Positions 13,521 to 27,641 of a stretch of 64,000 bases of DNA are shown piece by piece. Under the pieces are notes generated by a model. The model searched no databases. It was not told where the DNA came from and saw only the letters and a list, made by a program, of their open reading frames with translations. Made by a program: the position numbers and the translations under genes. Source of the DNA: Eledone cirrhosa (Eukaryota); the NCBI GenBank assembly GCA_964016885.1, contig OZ024742.1, positions 56,482,001 to 56,546,000 of the forward strand, in the 5' to 3' direction. Positions within the stretch are counted from its first letter, which is position 1. Each line of letters begins with the position of its first letter.

Positions 13521-16037
13521 AAGAAGGATTGAAGTCACTTTGAAGCATATAAAAGCTTTAGTTGCATATTACAATCGTTTCAATATCGCGTCAGCTCAGG
13601 ATACAATCATAATGACTGGGGCCCGACTCTTCCTCGACATCTCACGAGGTATGGGAGTTTATATGTGCAAAGACACTCTGTACATTTCTTAACTCTGGAA
13701 CCCAACCCAGCACTTAACTAACACACACCCACCCACACCCTACATGTATTTTTCTGGCTGAGATCACTGGTGTACATACCTAGAAAGGTATGGACTTCAC
13801 CAGATTAAACTGCCCAAAATAGGCCTATACGCATATCACTACAATCCCCTAGAAGGTCATTGTGAATTATAGACCCAAGATACAGTGTTATACATTTATT
13901 CTAGATATCGTTTATGAAGTGATTTTTGTCGTCCATTCCTTTGTCTCTAACACTTGCGATGCAAGATAATATAGTACGAGCAGAATTGAAACAGCTCCTT
14001 CATCTGTTTGTCGCTTATACACTGTTATGAGTATATTTCTCATTCGATTTCAATTATTCCACTGGAATAATTTTAAATGTATTTACAAAGGATATGTATG
14101 ATTCCTTCGGATAGGTAATAGTAGCTCTGATATAAATGTTAGTGGCAAGTTAACAGCGTCGTTAGAAAGTCGTGGTCAACAAAATAGTACCAGTGCACAC
14201 TTCCTCTCTTTCACACTCTCTCTTTCACTGGATGAAATGAGCTGTTTACACACCTGGAGTGAGGATGGGCCCCGCCAGGTTCAAAATGCCCTTACGACTC
14301 CACCAAGAGACGTGTGTTCATACATACAATATGAATACATTATGATATTTATATGTGAAGATTATAAATGAGGCAATAACATCTAGATGTAACTGTTTCT
14401 CATATTAAAACTGAAAATGTACGCATGATAAGATCCTTAACGTTTTGCTATTACACACTTTGCAAAGCAAACTGAGAAAATGATTAAGGCTTGAGATACC
14501 CGTTAAATGAAATGCATAGCCTTTGTAAAATAATACTCTAGTGTGAAAGGTTTGCAATATAGGACATAGGTTTATGTTGCAATAGAGTTATAGTTGATAT
14601 CGTTTTATCACACAAGCTGGCAGATACCAAACATCGTACATATTGACATGGGGGTACTAGGTATTGTGCGACCAACTTTGTCCAATAATTTCGGAGATTG
14701 TTGAGTAAATGTTGGATAATGCCTGTATTACACATTAGGCTCTCATGATTATCTGCATCTCTGAATTCACACCATAGATGTCTGTCTTATTACGATGTTC
14801 TGTTTTACTGTATATAAATTCTCCGATATGACATAATTTAAACTCACATATTGTAGGCATATTCAAATTTGAAAACATATAATATAGCAATTCACTATAT
14901 TTTTTTTCGTCTTTTTTTTTATTTTCATACGAGATGAATATCGCAACATTAAGTCTCTGAATAACCTGCTGAATTTGACCACACCAAGCAACGAATCGTG
15001 TTTAGATACCACCTACTCGCTGTTTAATATTGCAATAAAAGAAATACATACATATATTATATAGACCAACCCAGATTTTAAATAATGTTTTAAGGGAATT
15101 AACCAGTCATATTTCTTGTTGCTTGGCAGGAATTAATTGAACGAGTCCTTTTTAACAATGTTAAAAAGCGAGTCATAAAAGCAGTTTCTCTGTCATATCT
15201 TCATAGCAAACAGAAAGATCTATAAAAGTACGAGTCGCCAACAGATTTCGTATTTCATGATTATATTATTGAAAGAAGTTAAATCTAGAATTATGCTATG
15301 TTCCTGAGAATGAGGCATGTTTATTCTACTTGAGCTGCGACCGGCAGAAAGTATCAGCAATGGAATAACTAATGGAAACAATGTCTTCCAGGTTTGATCT
15401 GATGATTGACTCATTTGCTTTTTTTAAATTTACATGAGACTATCAAACCATATTTCTTGCAAGATTGTGTGACGACATACACTCTAATGATATTTATAGG
15501 ACAACACATAAGATAACACAGATCTGTTTCCAATTATATACTTTCACAATGTCTCTAGAGTAGCTATAAATAAAATCGCGTAGACTTTCCTTTTCCTATC
15601 GTAGATTTGTCACTAACAAATGTACTTGATAAAGAGGTAGGTAACAGACTGAATACCATATTTAACAGCCTAAAGCTGTTACGTCGGTGGTCTGTATTTT
15701 GTCAGTCATGATGAGCCCTTTCTAGACATGATATATAACAACTAATGGAATGTAACTGTCAATAAATGGATGTATGCAGCTCTAGATAGGCTCCGCTAGT
15801 TAGAGTAATTTCCGGTATAACTTGAGATTAGATTGTAACACTAATGAAAGCCAACAACACAATATGATTCCCAAACTTCTCTCAGTTAATTAGCAAGTGA
15901 ACCTGATGACATTTTACAGAGATAAAACATCGTTAAGGTTGTTAACAACAGAATATTTAGGTACGTTGTTTACATTCTGAGTTCAAATCCGACCAATTTT
16001 AATTTGTTCTCTCCCATACGCTGGCAATATTAAAATT

Positions 16038-16130
16038 ATCCCGCCGAGGTTGACTTTGCCTTTCATCCTTACGGGGTCGATAAAATAAAGTACCAGTAAT
16101 TGCTGGCCTTGTGCCTAAAGTAGAAACAAT
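16038..16130 (+). mobile_element. 5'-truncated major-family SINE
   Basis: Core and tail match 10992-11180. Confidence 0.8.
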
Positions 16131-16504
16131 ATTAAAATAAATATAAATCAAATATCTCAATCATTTACATCAATTATTCCATGACTTTATAAATATGTGG
16201 CTTCGTGATGCTCTTAAGATGACAATATCGTTTCTATTCCATCTTCTGTAGTATATATAAGGATACGTAATAGTAGACGCCATTGAGGCACACACAATTT
16301 CGTTTAATTGAAATGCTTTTAGTTGCAGCTAACCTGTCAAATTGTATTGACATTATTATCATTTCTATTGGTGTAGATATTTTCAACTAAATGTAATAAG
16401 CCAAGGAGATAAAACGGTTTGCCTTTGTGAATTACGGGAAATTATTAATGAAATACAAAATGATGGTCATTCCGATTTGACCATTTGCACGGAGAGAAAT
16501 TTGT

Positions 16505-16693
16505 AATAATTATTTCTTTTTTGGCACAAGGCCAGCAATTACCCAGTGCATTACTGGTACTTTATTTTATCGACCCCGGAAGGATGAAAGCAAAGTTAAC
16601 CTCGGCGGGATTTGAACTCAGGTCATAAAGGGCCGTAACTCTTTGCTGCAAAGCATGGCGTCCGACCCTCTACCGATACTGCCAATCCACGGC
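16505..16693 (-). mobile_element. Major-family SINE, inverted
   Basis: Reverse complement of the SINE consensus, with (ATT)n tail. Confidence 0.88.
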
Positions 16694-17274
16694 TATAATG
16701 ATGACTTGATACTTACCGCGGTTATTCCATTTTATGTATTTAAAACTGAATTTTACTTGAAAAACGAGCTCTACGTTATGACAATTTTACACCAGTTTAT
16801 TGAAAATTTCAAAGCATATTTTGCAGGGGATGACATGTACATAAGACGTTCATTTATTATCAAATACAACACAACTTCAAACTGGATAATCATAAAATCC
16901 TTGAATTTATAATTAAATCATTGATGCTATAATGTATAAATCTAATTTGTTTGCAAGATTATATACAGAAAAGAGCGCCCTACAGGAGAAAAATATAACC
17001 CATTCAAATTAATTGGGAGTTGTCCCAATTCTCAGAAGAATCTATTTCTTTTCAAGTAAGCTTTTAACACAACTTCAAATACCATGTATCTTGGACAATC
17101 TGATTTCCCGTCTCTTACCGTATACAACTCTGCTTAATACCATATGGACACAATATACTGGATTGAGAGAAAGGTAAAACTACGGCCTAAAGAAACTTTA
17201 ATAGGCCAATCTACCACTTTGCATATCAAAGCTCAAAAGCAGATAATACTTCATCAAGCCCAATATATATATAT

Positions 17275-17364
<90 letters not shown>

Positions 17365-17466
17365 ACGTGTGTGTGTGTGCACGTGTGTGCATAACACTGT
17401 GTGGCTGTGTTATGTGTGTAAGCGCGTGTATATATATATATAAATATATATATATATTGTATATAT

Positions 17467-17557
17467 AAAGAGGGTGAAGTGATATTGAATGGATTGGCCA
17501 AATTTAATATCAAAATTATAGACTCATACAAACATATACATACGCACACACACTCAC

Positions 17558-17606
<49 letters not shown>

Positions 17607-17663
17607 TCTACCATTTTGATATTAAATTTTCGCCAATCCATTCAATATCACTTCACCCTCTTT
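17467..17663. repeat. Inverted repeat (about 60-bp arms) around a (CA)/(TA)/(GT) spacer
   Basis: aaagagggtgaagtgatattgaatggattgg is mirrored by ccaatccattcaatatcacttcaccctcttt. Confidence 0.85.
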
Positions 17664-18837
17664 CTACATTAAGCGAAACTAAATAAAATGACTGAAAGAT
17701 ACAACACGAATGGAAAACTATCAACGTTTCAGATATTATTTTCCTATTTGACGATTTGAGTCAATAGAAAGCTATGTTTTATAAGAAAGCAATTTGTCGA
17801 CACCATCAATAAAAGAATAGTCTCTGTCGTATTGCAAACAATGCGCGAACATTAAACTATTCGTTCTTGTGTTATTTTTCTTTCTACTAAAAGCAATAAA
17901 TGCAATCCAGAGCGAGCTGTCATATATATGACCCCGACATTAAACTCCTGTCACATCTCTTTGAGATCAAAACAAAAGGAAGAATAATATATGTCTAAAG
18001 AAAAAGAGAAGGAAATAAAATTCTTTTTCGATATTTCAGTATATGTAGATATCTGCACTTTCTTGTTGTTTGTGAATCACTTACAACTTTTAAAGAGTGT
18101 ACGTTTGTTTTTAGAAAATGGCATATTGAATTACTATTTCAACTGGCCGAGTTGATAAGACGTTTAAGTAACCCTGAGAAACCTTTTTCTCCTTTTTTTC
18201 TTTTTTTTTTTGCTTGCATTTCAATATATGCAGAAATGCGTTAATGTCTCTCCACGTAATGTAAAAAATAAATCTTTCTCGTTTCTGCCTTGATGACGTC
18301 AATGTTACTTTAAATATCACAGTCAACTGTTTGTAAGTGTGAAAACAAAGAACAATTTAAAATGGATTAAATACGTTTTTCGGGGGGGGGGGGGGTTTCT
18401 ACGTCGAAGGAAAAGCTGGAAATTAGTTGATTTGTCGTGAAGTTACTTCATAGGCAATCAGTACTAAACAGAAAAGTAGTGGATGGTGAAAATAACCTTA
18501 TCTTATTTTGCCATGTGGAAAAAGAAATTGTAATGAAATACATGTTCATATTATCATTTTAATAAATCATTTTAACGAGTTGACTATAACTCTTTCTTAT
18601 AATGCTGGAAAAGTTGAAATAGACGCTGTTGATGCTGAATTATTTATTTTTCAATGCATTAACATTTCTCTAAATAAGACTGATACCACCCTTAATCCCA
18701 AGTTCCCATACACACTCTAAATGCAAACTAGAAACTAATCAGTTTGTGTTTTGCTGCATATGTAATATCTAAAGAAATACTTGACAAACATATTTTCATT
18801 CGATATCTCCCTACATTTGCAGCCATTGTTACATTGT

Positions 18838-19618
18838 TTTGGCAAAGTTGAGTTATTAGAATGTCGGACACCCTGCTTCGCGGCATAGAATTACGGCCTT
18901 TTACGTACTGAGTTCGAATCCCGACGAAGTTAGCTTTGCCTTTCATCCTTACGGGGTCGATAAAATAAAGTACTAGTCATACACTGGGGTCTATTTAATT
19001 TACTTTAACCTCCCTAAAATTGCTAGTCTTCTGCCTAAATCAGAAACCATTATTATCACTATTATTTATCGGTGGTGGATTGGCAGTATCGGTAGAGAGT
19101 CGGACGCCATGCTTTGACGCAAAGAGTTACGGCCCTTTCCATTCTAAGTTCAAATCCCGCCGAGGGTAACTTTGCCTTTCATCCTTACGGGGTCAATAAA
19201 ATAAAGCACCAGTAATACACTGTGTAATTGCTGGCCTTGTGCCAAATTTAGAAACAATTATTATCACTATTATTATCATCATCATCATTATTAAAGAAAG
19301 AATTAAAGAAAGACACATTAAATAAATAATTATTAATTTTATTAGGGTGGTGTTGCTTATCAACATTACGGGGTCGATAAAGCACCAGTAATGCACTGGG
19401 GTTATTTACTCGACTTTCCGCTTCGTAGAAATAATTATTATGAGGGCGGTAGATTGGCAGTATCGGTATTGTGGTAGACAGAATACTTTGTGCTATTTAA
19501 TTATGACTTTCTACATTCAAATTCCACCAACTTCAATTTTGCCTTTCCTCCCACCGGGATCGTTACAGTAAAGTACCAGTAAAATTGCTGGCCTTGCGCC
19601 AAATGTAGAAACAATTAC
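18838..19618 (+). mobile_element. Head-to-tail cluster of three to four major-family SINEs
   Basis: Copies at about 18838-19050, 19070-19260, 19365-19435 (partial) and 19443-19618, separated by (ATT)n tails. Confidence 0.85.
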
Positions 19619-19659
19619 TTTTATTACTTTGATATCACAGTCATTGGTATTTAACCGGA

Positions 19660-19960
19660 AAATTTACCCTAATAAACACCTAGCTGCTACCTGCAGCCTC
19701 AGATATTCAGGCCATACCGGAGCGTTCCTGCTGTGCCAAGTAGGCATGCCTTCTGGAGTGTTCAAAAAAATTAGGCTGGGCTAATGTTCTTCAACCATTC
19801 TTGGAAGCTCTTCGAAATAGTACATAGTGCTTCTATGACGATGGGGACGTCTTTGATCTCATGGCATTTCCACATTCTTTTCAGTTTCCACTTAAAATCC
19901 TGGTACCGGTTAATTTTCTCCTGCTTTTCTTGCACACTTTGTCAAAAAGGCAAGCTACAT
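19660..19960 (-). mobile_element. 3' end of an RLE-type (R4/Dong-like) LINE
   Basis: Minus-strand translation QEKINRYQDFKWKLKRMWKC..VPIVIEAL..LQKACLLGTAGTLR. Confidence 0.8.
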
Positions 19961-20199
19961 ATATAATCAAGCAATATTTCTTCTCCTTATCAAATCCCAT
20001 CAGGCTGCAACTAGTATAATGCGTTAATGTATATATCTCGATTCTTCTGTTATGCATTTTTTTCATCTTTATTAATTGCTCCCATAGCAAGTGTTATTAT
20101 AGAAAATATTTTTGTCTTTAATCTTTCCATCCCCAGTGTCACGTTATCTCTGTTTGCAGATGTTCATAGTTTGATAATTTCTGCATTAATTTATGGAAA

Positions 20200-21050
20200 A
20201 TTTGTTGTATGTTGAGACTGATACATTTTTTAATGAAAGGGCCATTACAAAAGTGTGTGGCCATCGCAGATTATATATGCTCTGACATGAGACCACAAAG
20301 AATTACCTACAGATCTATCTTCTCAGTAATATATTGTCACTATAAAGCTGAAAGCAAGGATAGTTGGCTTTGGGTAAAGACAGAAATAGTGAAAGAAGAG
20401 AATGTGGGATTGGATTTAGCAGTTCAGAAAGAGACTCCAACTTTAAAAGTAAGAAGAATGATAGATAAGCAGGGCTGTTAACCCAAATTTAGACTATACT
20501 AAACAACCATATTGTTTTTAAATACTAACAGTTAGCTCAAAGCGAGTATAAAAGTATAGCTACCATAAAATAGCTACAATTATTCACTGGAGTGTTTGCA
20601 ATGGATTCGAATTTGTATGTAAAGAAGAGCACTATTTTGTGGGAACGTAAATGAAATTCCTTGGAAACATGAAATGGGATTGTTAAGGGACATTCCAATA
20701 TAAACCAAAATTAAAATACACCACAACAGTCGGCAAAAGTAAGGGTTAGTATGAAGATGAACGTGTGTTTGGTAATTTAAGTAATGGAGTTAAAACGAAA
20801 TGGGTAATGAAAATACAGAATTGACACAAAATATAAAATCTCCATAAGCAGCAACAGAGAATTTGAGATGTTCATCATATTGCCAACAGTTATTGAAACG
20901 TTGGTAACTGTGACGAAGAATTTAGAATTACACGTTGGCAAGTTATTCCGGGAGTGGATGAGGTGTTTAATTGGATCAGCACGTATTATCCGGAAAGTCT
21001 CCGAGACAAGGTGAGGACGGAGTGATTAAACCAGTCCCAACGTCAATGCC
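20200..21050 (+). mobile_element. Very decayed RLE-type LINE C-terminal region
   Basis: SWLW..E..LAVQ, H.KIATIIHW and LIGSARIIRKV remnants. Confidence 0.55.
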
Positions 21051-21189
21051 ATGAAACAACAACAAGAATCAGAAATTGAGTTGCTCTATGTCAGACATGT
21101 AGTTTGCTGGTAATATTGTTGTAGAGATTCTCGGTAGATTTTGAATAACGCTTTTGATTAACGCTAATCATGACATTCGACTGTTTAAT

Positions 21190-21790
21190 TCCTTGTCTTT
21201 CGCTTCTTACCCCTACCGCCTTCTCTTTACTCTGGATATTAACTCTTTCTAAACCGTCATCCCTCACGGTGACGGCCTCCGCGCTTTCCAATGCTTTTCA
21301 GACTTACGCCCTACATCCTACCCTAGCACTTCTCCTCTTCTCCGCTTTGCTGAGCTCTTTCTCACTCTCAATGACTTTTCCTTTTCCGGAGAGTTTTACC
21401 AACAGGTCTCTATGGTAACTATGGCTACCGGAATGGGCCCTAACTACGCCAAACTGTTCGGGAGCTACGTTGCAGCATTGATAATCTCCTAGTACACTGG
21501 TCCGATCCCTGAGCTATACGGTCGTTACATCGACGATTGTATCGGTGCCACCTCTCTCTCCGGTGGACAACTCGACTCCTTTCATTCAATCTTTTCATCT
21601 GCCCTCTCCTTCACCACCTCCGTCTCCAGTTCTTCAGTCCTGTTTCTCAACATCTCTCTCACTATCTATCTATCTCTCTATCTAAGTATACACCTATCTA
21701 TCTATCTATCTATCTCCATCTTCTATAAGCCTATCAATTCCCACTCCTACCTCGACCTCACCTCCGTATTGTCCTATTACATCACAGATG
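21190..21790 (+). mobile_element. Penelope-like RT fragment (Neptune/Poseidon type)
   Basis: LTLNDFSFSGEFYQQVSMVTMATGMGPNYAKLF and YGRYIDDCIGA motifs. Confidence 0.85.
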
Positions 21791-22146
21791 GCTGGCGTCA
21801 CGCACCGTGACTTGACTGAGGAGAGTCTGATTTTCCGTCTTGGGTCCAGTTTCCGCTCCTCAATTTCTTTAATCTGCATACATACGCTCTCCCTTACTTC
21901 TATGCTCCTAGTCACTGTCACCACTACCTCGTCTGCTGTCACATATGTGCGCGCACATTCACCCACAAGGTTCTTTCCTATGACTCTATTATGGTGAGAA
22001 ACACTTACTTTTACAGCTGGTACAGATCAACAACAACTCACACGGATCAACAATTAACAGACATATTCAAAGACTTATATACACACGCATATCATCACCT
22101 CTATTTACTTACAACAAAACACACACATATATATATATATACAGTA

Positions 22147-25100
22147 TACGTGGTGCCAGCTGGGTGATCTAAGATTACTCCTTGACCTGCGAAAATTCGG
22201 CGGCAGTGCCTAAGGAGGTGGTGGGTTTACGCCTGACAAGCGTTCTCCCTATAAAAAGCCACAGATGTCCGCAACAGCATTGTGACATGGCGAGCATGAC
22301 CCGCCACTAAATAGGGTCACTGCCACCCCCACCCCACCCCCTTGTCTCACCCGAGGCATTGTATTCCAGAAGAAGCGGAAAAACCATTTGGTCAAGGGTT
22401 CGAATGGAACTTCGGGAGCATTAGGACCCCGGTTTGATTAACGACCAAGCAAAGGCGTATGAACTGGTCTACTGGTCATCGTCTCCCAATGGGTGCGACT
22501 CCCTGATCTCGCTCCGCTGCCTTGTGGACAGACTTTTTAGTCAAAGGCTCCGGGTGGAGTCCCCTAAGTAAACCCCCTACCTCAGCCTAGGCAAGCGGGT
22601 AGTATAACGTCTTCTGGAGAGGGAAACTCCGTCATCAAACCTACTGCCCGAGGGCCTCACTGTCACCGTCCCAGCTCACTAGGCCATGGCAGATGAACCT
22701 CGTGCTTAAAAGGTAGGGCCAGTTTGCGCGCACTGCACTTCACCTTAAAACTCCTCAGCGCAGGCCGAAGGACACATCCTCGTTCTATGATCAACCATTC
22801 CAAAAGCCCTGCAGTGATGGGAAAGGGGCGAAAGCGGCAGGTGAAAGATGTCACTGGAAGCCGTTGTCTCGATCCTACATGTAGGCGGCTCATGACTTTG
22901 GTCGCCTGGTTGTCGACATGGAGGCGACGACACCACTCGGCAGCATCCTGAGTGACCAGGCAGGCCTATCTAGGGTGAGCACTTCCTGCTCCACATGGAG
23001 AGGGGCGGTAAAAAAGGTTCGCCTAAACAAAGCTCGTCTCCTCTATACCCAGTTGGCTAGCCGCGGTCAACGGGCATCTTCAGAGCGGTCGAACAAACAT
23101 GGAAACAAAACTAAAGAAAAGTAAGCAGGACTTGAAAGTTGCCTGCTGGAATGTCAGGACTATGCTTGACAAGGCTGACAGCAGCCGCCCGCAACGTCGT
23201 TCGGCTCTCATAGCCCATGAACTCTCCCGCCTCAACATCGACATATCAGCTCTCAGCGAGGTCCGCTTCGCTGACGAGGGCAGCCTCAAAGAACGCAGCG
23301 CTGGCTACATCCTTTTCTGGTCCGGGAAACCATCATCTGGAAGACGCCTGTCGGGTGTAGGACTCATGGTGAGGAATTCCATCGCCTCCAATCTCGACAA
23401 ATTACCTACGGTCCACACGGACCTCATCATATCCATGCACCTACCACTGGAGAGCAAACAACATCTCACGCTCTTCAGTGCCTATGCTCCAACGCTACTG
23501 GCAGATCCTGCGGACAAAGACAGTTTCTATTCTGATCTGCGCAGACTCTTGAACAACAGCCCTGCAGTAGACAAGGTCCTGATCCTTGGCGACTTCAACG
23601 CAAGAGTTGGGAGGGACTCTGAGGCCTGGAAAGGAGTCATTGGAAGACACGGCGTTGGTGGCTGTAACGACAACGGGCGCCTCCTGCTCGAGTTCTGCAC
23701 AGAGCACCAACTTGCCATTACCAACACAATCTTCCAACAGAAAGACCGCCTGAAAACAACTTGGATGCATCCTCGGTCCAAACATTGGCATCTACTTGAC
23801 TATGTAGGTTGTGCGCCAACGGGACCTGAAATATGTTCTACACACGAGAGTGATGTCCAGTGCAGAGTGCCACACTGACCATCGCCTCGTCCGCTGCAAG
23901 CTCAAACTGCAGTTCAAACCCAAATCCAAGAAGAAAGGTAACCCCGTAGAGAAACTCAACGTCTGCATCCTGTGCCGGGAGGAAGTGAAAGCCAAGTTCC
24001 AAGCAGACCTGCAACAAAAGCTAGACGAATGCCTTTGCAATGATGACCCCACCCCAGACACCTTGTGGGAGAACCTGAAATCAGCCATCCTTAAGACATC
24101 TGAGGAAGTTTTTGCGCACACAAAAAAGAAAAACAAGGACTGGTTTCATGAAAATGACAAGGAGATCCAGGACTTACTAGCCAAGAAGAGGGCAGCTCAT
24201 CAGGCCCACCTTGCACAACCAACCTGTCCTGTAAAGAAAGATACCTTCCGACGCGCATGCAGCACCCTACAGCGCAAACTCAGAGAAATACAGAATGAGT
24301 GGTGGGACCACCTGGCGTGGAGAACCCAGCTGTGCGCTGACCTCGGAGACTATAGGGGCTTCTATGAGGCTCTGAAAGCAGTGTATGGCCCCACCCAGAG
24401 TCCCCTGCGCAGTTCAGATGGAGAGGACCTCCTCACCGATAACACCTCCATCCTCGCTCGCTGTTCCGAGCACTTCCAAAGACTCTTCAGTGCTGACCGC
24501 ACCGTACAGGAGGCTGCCATCCATCGCGTTCCTCAACTTCCACACAAAGAGGAGCTCGACGAACCACCTACTCTCGAAGAGATGACTGAAGCCATAAAAC
24601 AACTCAAGAGTCGCAAAGCAGCAGGAGTTGACAGCATCGCACCAGAAATCTAGAAGAATGGAGGTCCGACGCACCACAACAAGCTACTCGATTTTCTTGT
24701 CTGCTGTTGGGAGCAGGGTAAGCTTCCACAGGATCTTCGCGACGCCGTCATCATAACCTTGTACAAGAACAAGGGTGAAAAGTCTGACTGCTCCATCTAC
24801 CGGGGAATCACCCTACTCTCCATCGCTAGCAAAGTACTTGCCAGTATCCTGCTCAACAGGCTCGTACCAACCATCGCTGAGGAAAACCTCCCCGAGAGCC
24901 AGTGTGGCTTCAGAGCCAACAGAGGCACGACGGATATGGTGTTCGTCCTCTGCCAACTCCAGGAGAAGTGCCGAGAACAAAACAAGGGAATCTATGCTGC
25001 TTTTGTCGACCTCACAAAAGCATTTGACACAGTCAGCAGAACAGGACTATGGCTCATCCTGGAACGACTTGGCTGTCCCACCAAGTTTCTACAGATGGTG

Positions 25101-26085
25101 ACCCAGCTGCACGAGCATCAGCGCGGCCAGATCAGACTCAACGGTGACCTGTCGGAGCCCTTCCCCATCTCCAGCGGCGTGAAACCTCAAAAAGACGGAG
25201 GTTCTTCACCAGCCTGCCCCCCAAGAAGAATACCGCCCACCCTACATCATTATCTGCGATACCGAACTGAAATCAACACAGCAGTTCACATACCTGGGCT
25301 GCATCATCTCATCCGATGCAAGGATCGACAAAGAAATTGACAACAGACTCTCTAAGGCAAATAGCTCATTTGGCAGATTGTACAAACGTGTTTGGCACAA
25401 CAAAAACCTGAAGAACAAGATAAGGATCAGCGTCTACAGGGCCATGGTTCTCACCACTCTCCTCTACGGCTCTGAGACCTGGGTCACCTACCGCAGTCAC
25501 CTCCGTCTCCTCGAGCGCTTCCACCAGCGATGTCTCCGCACCATCCTCAACATTCGCTGGAGTGACTTCGTTACAAACGTTGAAGTTCTGGAGCAGGCCG
25601 AGATCCCAGCATTGCAGCCATGCTACTGAAGTACCACCTCCGATGGGCAGGGCATGTCACCAGAATGGAGAACCATCGCCTTCCTAAGATTGCCCTGTTT
25701 GGCGAACTCTCCACCGGCCACCGAGAGAGGAGCCCCGAAGAAACGCTACAAATACTGCCTCAAAAAGTCTCTCACCGTATGTCATGTTGACCACCAATGC
25801 TGGTCAAACCTGGCTGCGGACAGTGATGCCTGGCGCCACACGATCTTCAACGCGGTCAGCGAGTTTGAGGAAGACAGAAAAGACGCGCAAAAAGACAAGA
25901 GACGCAGAAGGAAGGTCTGAGCCGCCTCTGACACCACACCGGACGTTACCTTCATCTGTGGACACTGCTCACGGACCTGCCTTTCCCGCATCGGACCTGT
26001 CAGTCATGAGCGTGCCTGCAGACGACGTGGACAACCTTCCTAATCTTCGTTCGCGAAGCCAAGCCATGATGATGATGATGATGAT
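22147..26085 (+). mobile_element. Near full-length RTE (BovB-like) LINE, defective
   Basis: About 950-bp GC-rich 5' UTR; APE (VACWNVRT, LGDFNARVG, WHLLDY); RT (YRGITLLS, ESQCGFR, FVDLTKAFD); C-terminal C2H2 finger; CTTCG-TTCG-CGAAG hairpin and (ATG)n tail; frameshifts and a deletion near 25185 that removes QG..YADD. Confidence 0.95.
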
Positions 26086-26114
26086 ATATATATATATACA
26101 TATATGTGTGTGTG

Positions 26115-26190
<76 letters not shown>

Positions 26191-26276
26191 GGGGGGGGTG
26201 CAAAAGGTAACAGAAATAACAAACCAAACGGCACAGTACAATGAAGAAATAAATTATTAGTTTTACGCTTGAAGAA

Positions 26277-26313
26277 GTTCTAACGTTTCGGACGCTAGTC
26301 CTTCATCAGAAAA
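26277..26313 (-). ncRNA. Minimal type-I hammerhead-like motif in a PLE tail
   Basis: CTGATGA-A-GGAC-TAGC-GTCC-GAAA-CGT-TA; stem I weak; a degenerate relative lies at about 29697-29730 (-). Confidence 0.55.
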
Positions 26314-26473
26314 TAGAATGAGATATCAAAGAAGAAATAGAAAGATAGAGGAGAGTGGGCATCTCTTGGAAAACTATTGATTCTGACGGTGTTGTGCAAG
26401 TTGATCTTATTTGAAAAGGTAGTAATCGAGCGCATCTAGTTATAGAATGAGATATATATACATATATATATTT

Positions 26474-26537
<64 letters not shown>

Positions 26538-27641
26538 ACAATGTGTGTGTTCTTACATACTTTTGTGTGTGTATGTAAATACATAAATACATATAAATTT
26601 ATATTATTGAAACGTTTGGAATATAACCAAAACCTTTCTGACAAAGCACTGATGCATGTGCGTGGCTAGAACCTATCTATTTAAGTAACAAAAGAACTTA
26701 AAGAAATCAAGAATATCCTAATTCTGAATATAAATTTTATCTTTTCTAGTGAATTCGGTGATAGTTAAGACCAAAGATTAGAGGGAAAAAAAACAGAAAA
26801 TATATAAAACATTGAATTCAAAGAAATACAATGTTGTAGATAGTTGCATTTACCTTTTACAATATTTGATCATATAATTAGAAAATGTAGCAATAATAGA
26901 AAATGCAGGTAAAACTAATAAATGTTATGTTCATGGAGAAAGTTATATAGGTCGATCCTACAGATACATTTCTATATCTTCCCGTTCGGTCCTTGTTAGA
27001 TTGATTTTTCGAAAAAATACATTATACGATGTTTTATGTTCGTTTTTGTATTTCATCGGAATTTGCAAGTATCATTTTGCCTGTATGTGAGGAGGCGTGT
27101 ATCAGTGTTTTTATGAAGAACATTGATTCAAAAAATAGAAAACTTTCCTATTGGAGAGGAAATACATATGAAAGGACATGGGCAAAACAAAAAGAAAATA
27201 AATGTAATTTTGTGAATGCATAAAGAATAAATGAAATAGAGACGTTGAAGAAGTTCAAGAATAACCGGGATATTCTCAGAAGTATTTCGTTATATTATAA
27301 TTTTAATCATCTTGAAGATGTGTCCTAATGTTCACGTTGTTCGACACATGATCCTAAGGTAGTGGGTTCGATTTCATTGCTTTTTCTGATACGGCTGGAT
27401 CACTATCTTTAAGCACCCAAGAAACCTCATATAAGATGCAATCTCGTCGGAGGTCAGCTAAAGCTGCATAGCTAACGGTACATTTCTTTTTCTCTCAATC
27501 GTCTCTCAAAATATTGTCTACTGCTCCGAAGAAAAGATTTAACGACATATCTACTCAATATCCGACCTTTATAAATGATATTCATTGGGGTAATATCAGA
27601 TATTATTATTTATTACTAATTATTATTACTAATTATTACTA

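Noticed and set aside
17144-17549. ORFs with CVCV/HTHT/YIYI runs here and throughout the ORF track
   Set aside because: They are translations of dinucleotide microsatellites.
18838-19618. CRISPR-like or other prokaryotic repeat array
   Set aside because: The window is intron-exon eukaryotic DNA and the repeats are about 200-bp SINEs without unique spacers.
23099-25920. RTE as an active or domesticated gene
   Set aside because: Frameshifts, an in-frame stop at 24651 and deletion of the catalytic RT segment near 25185.
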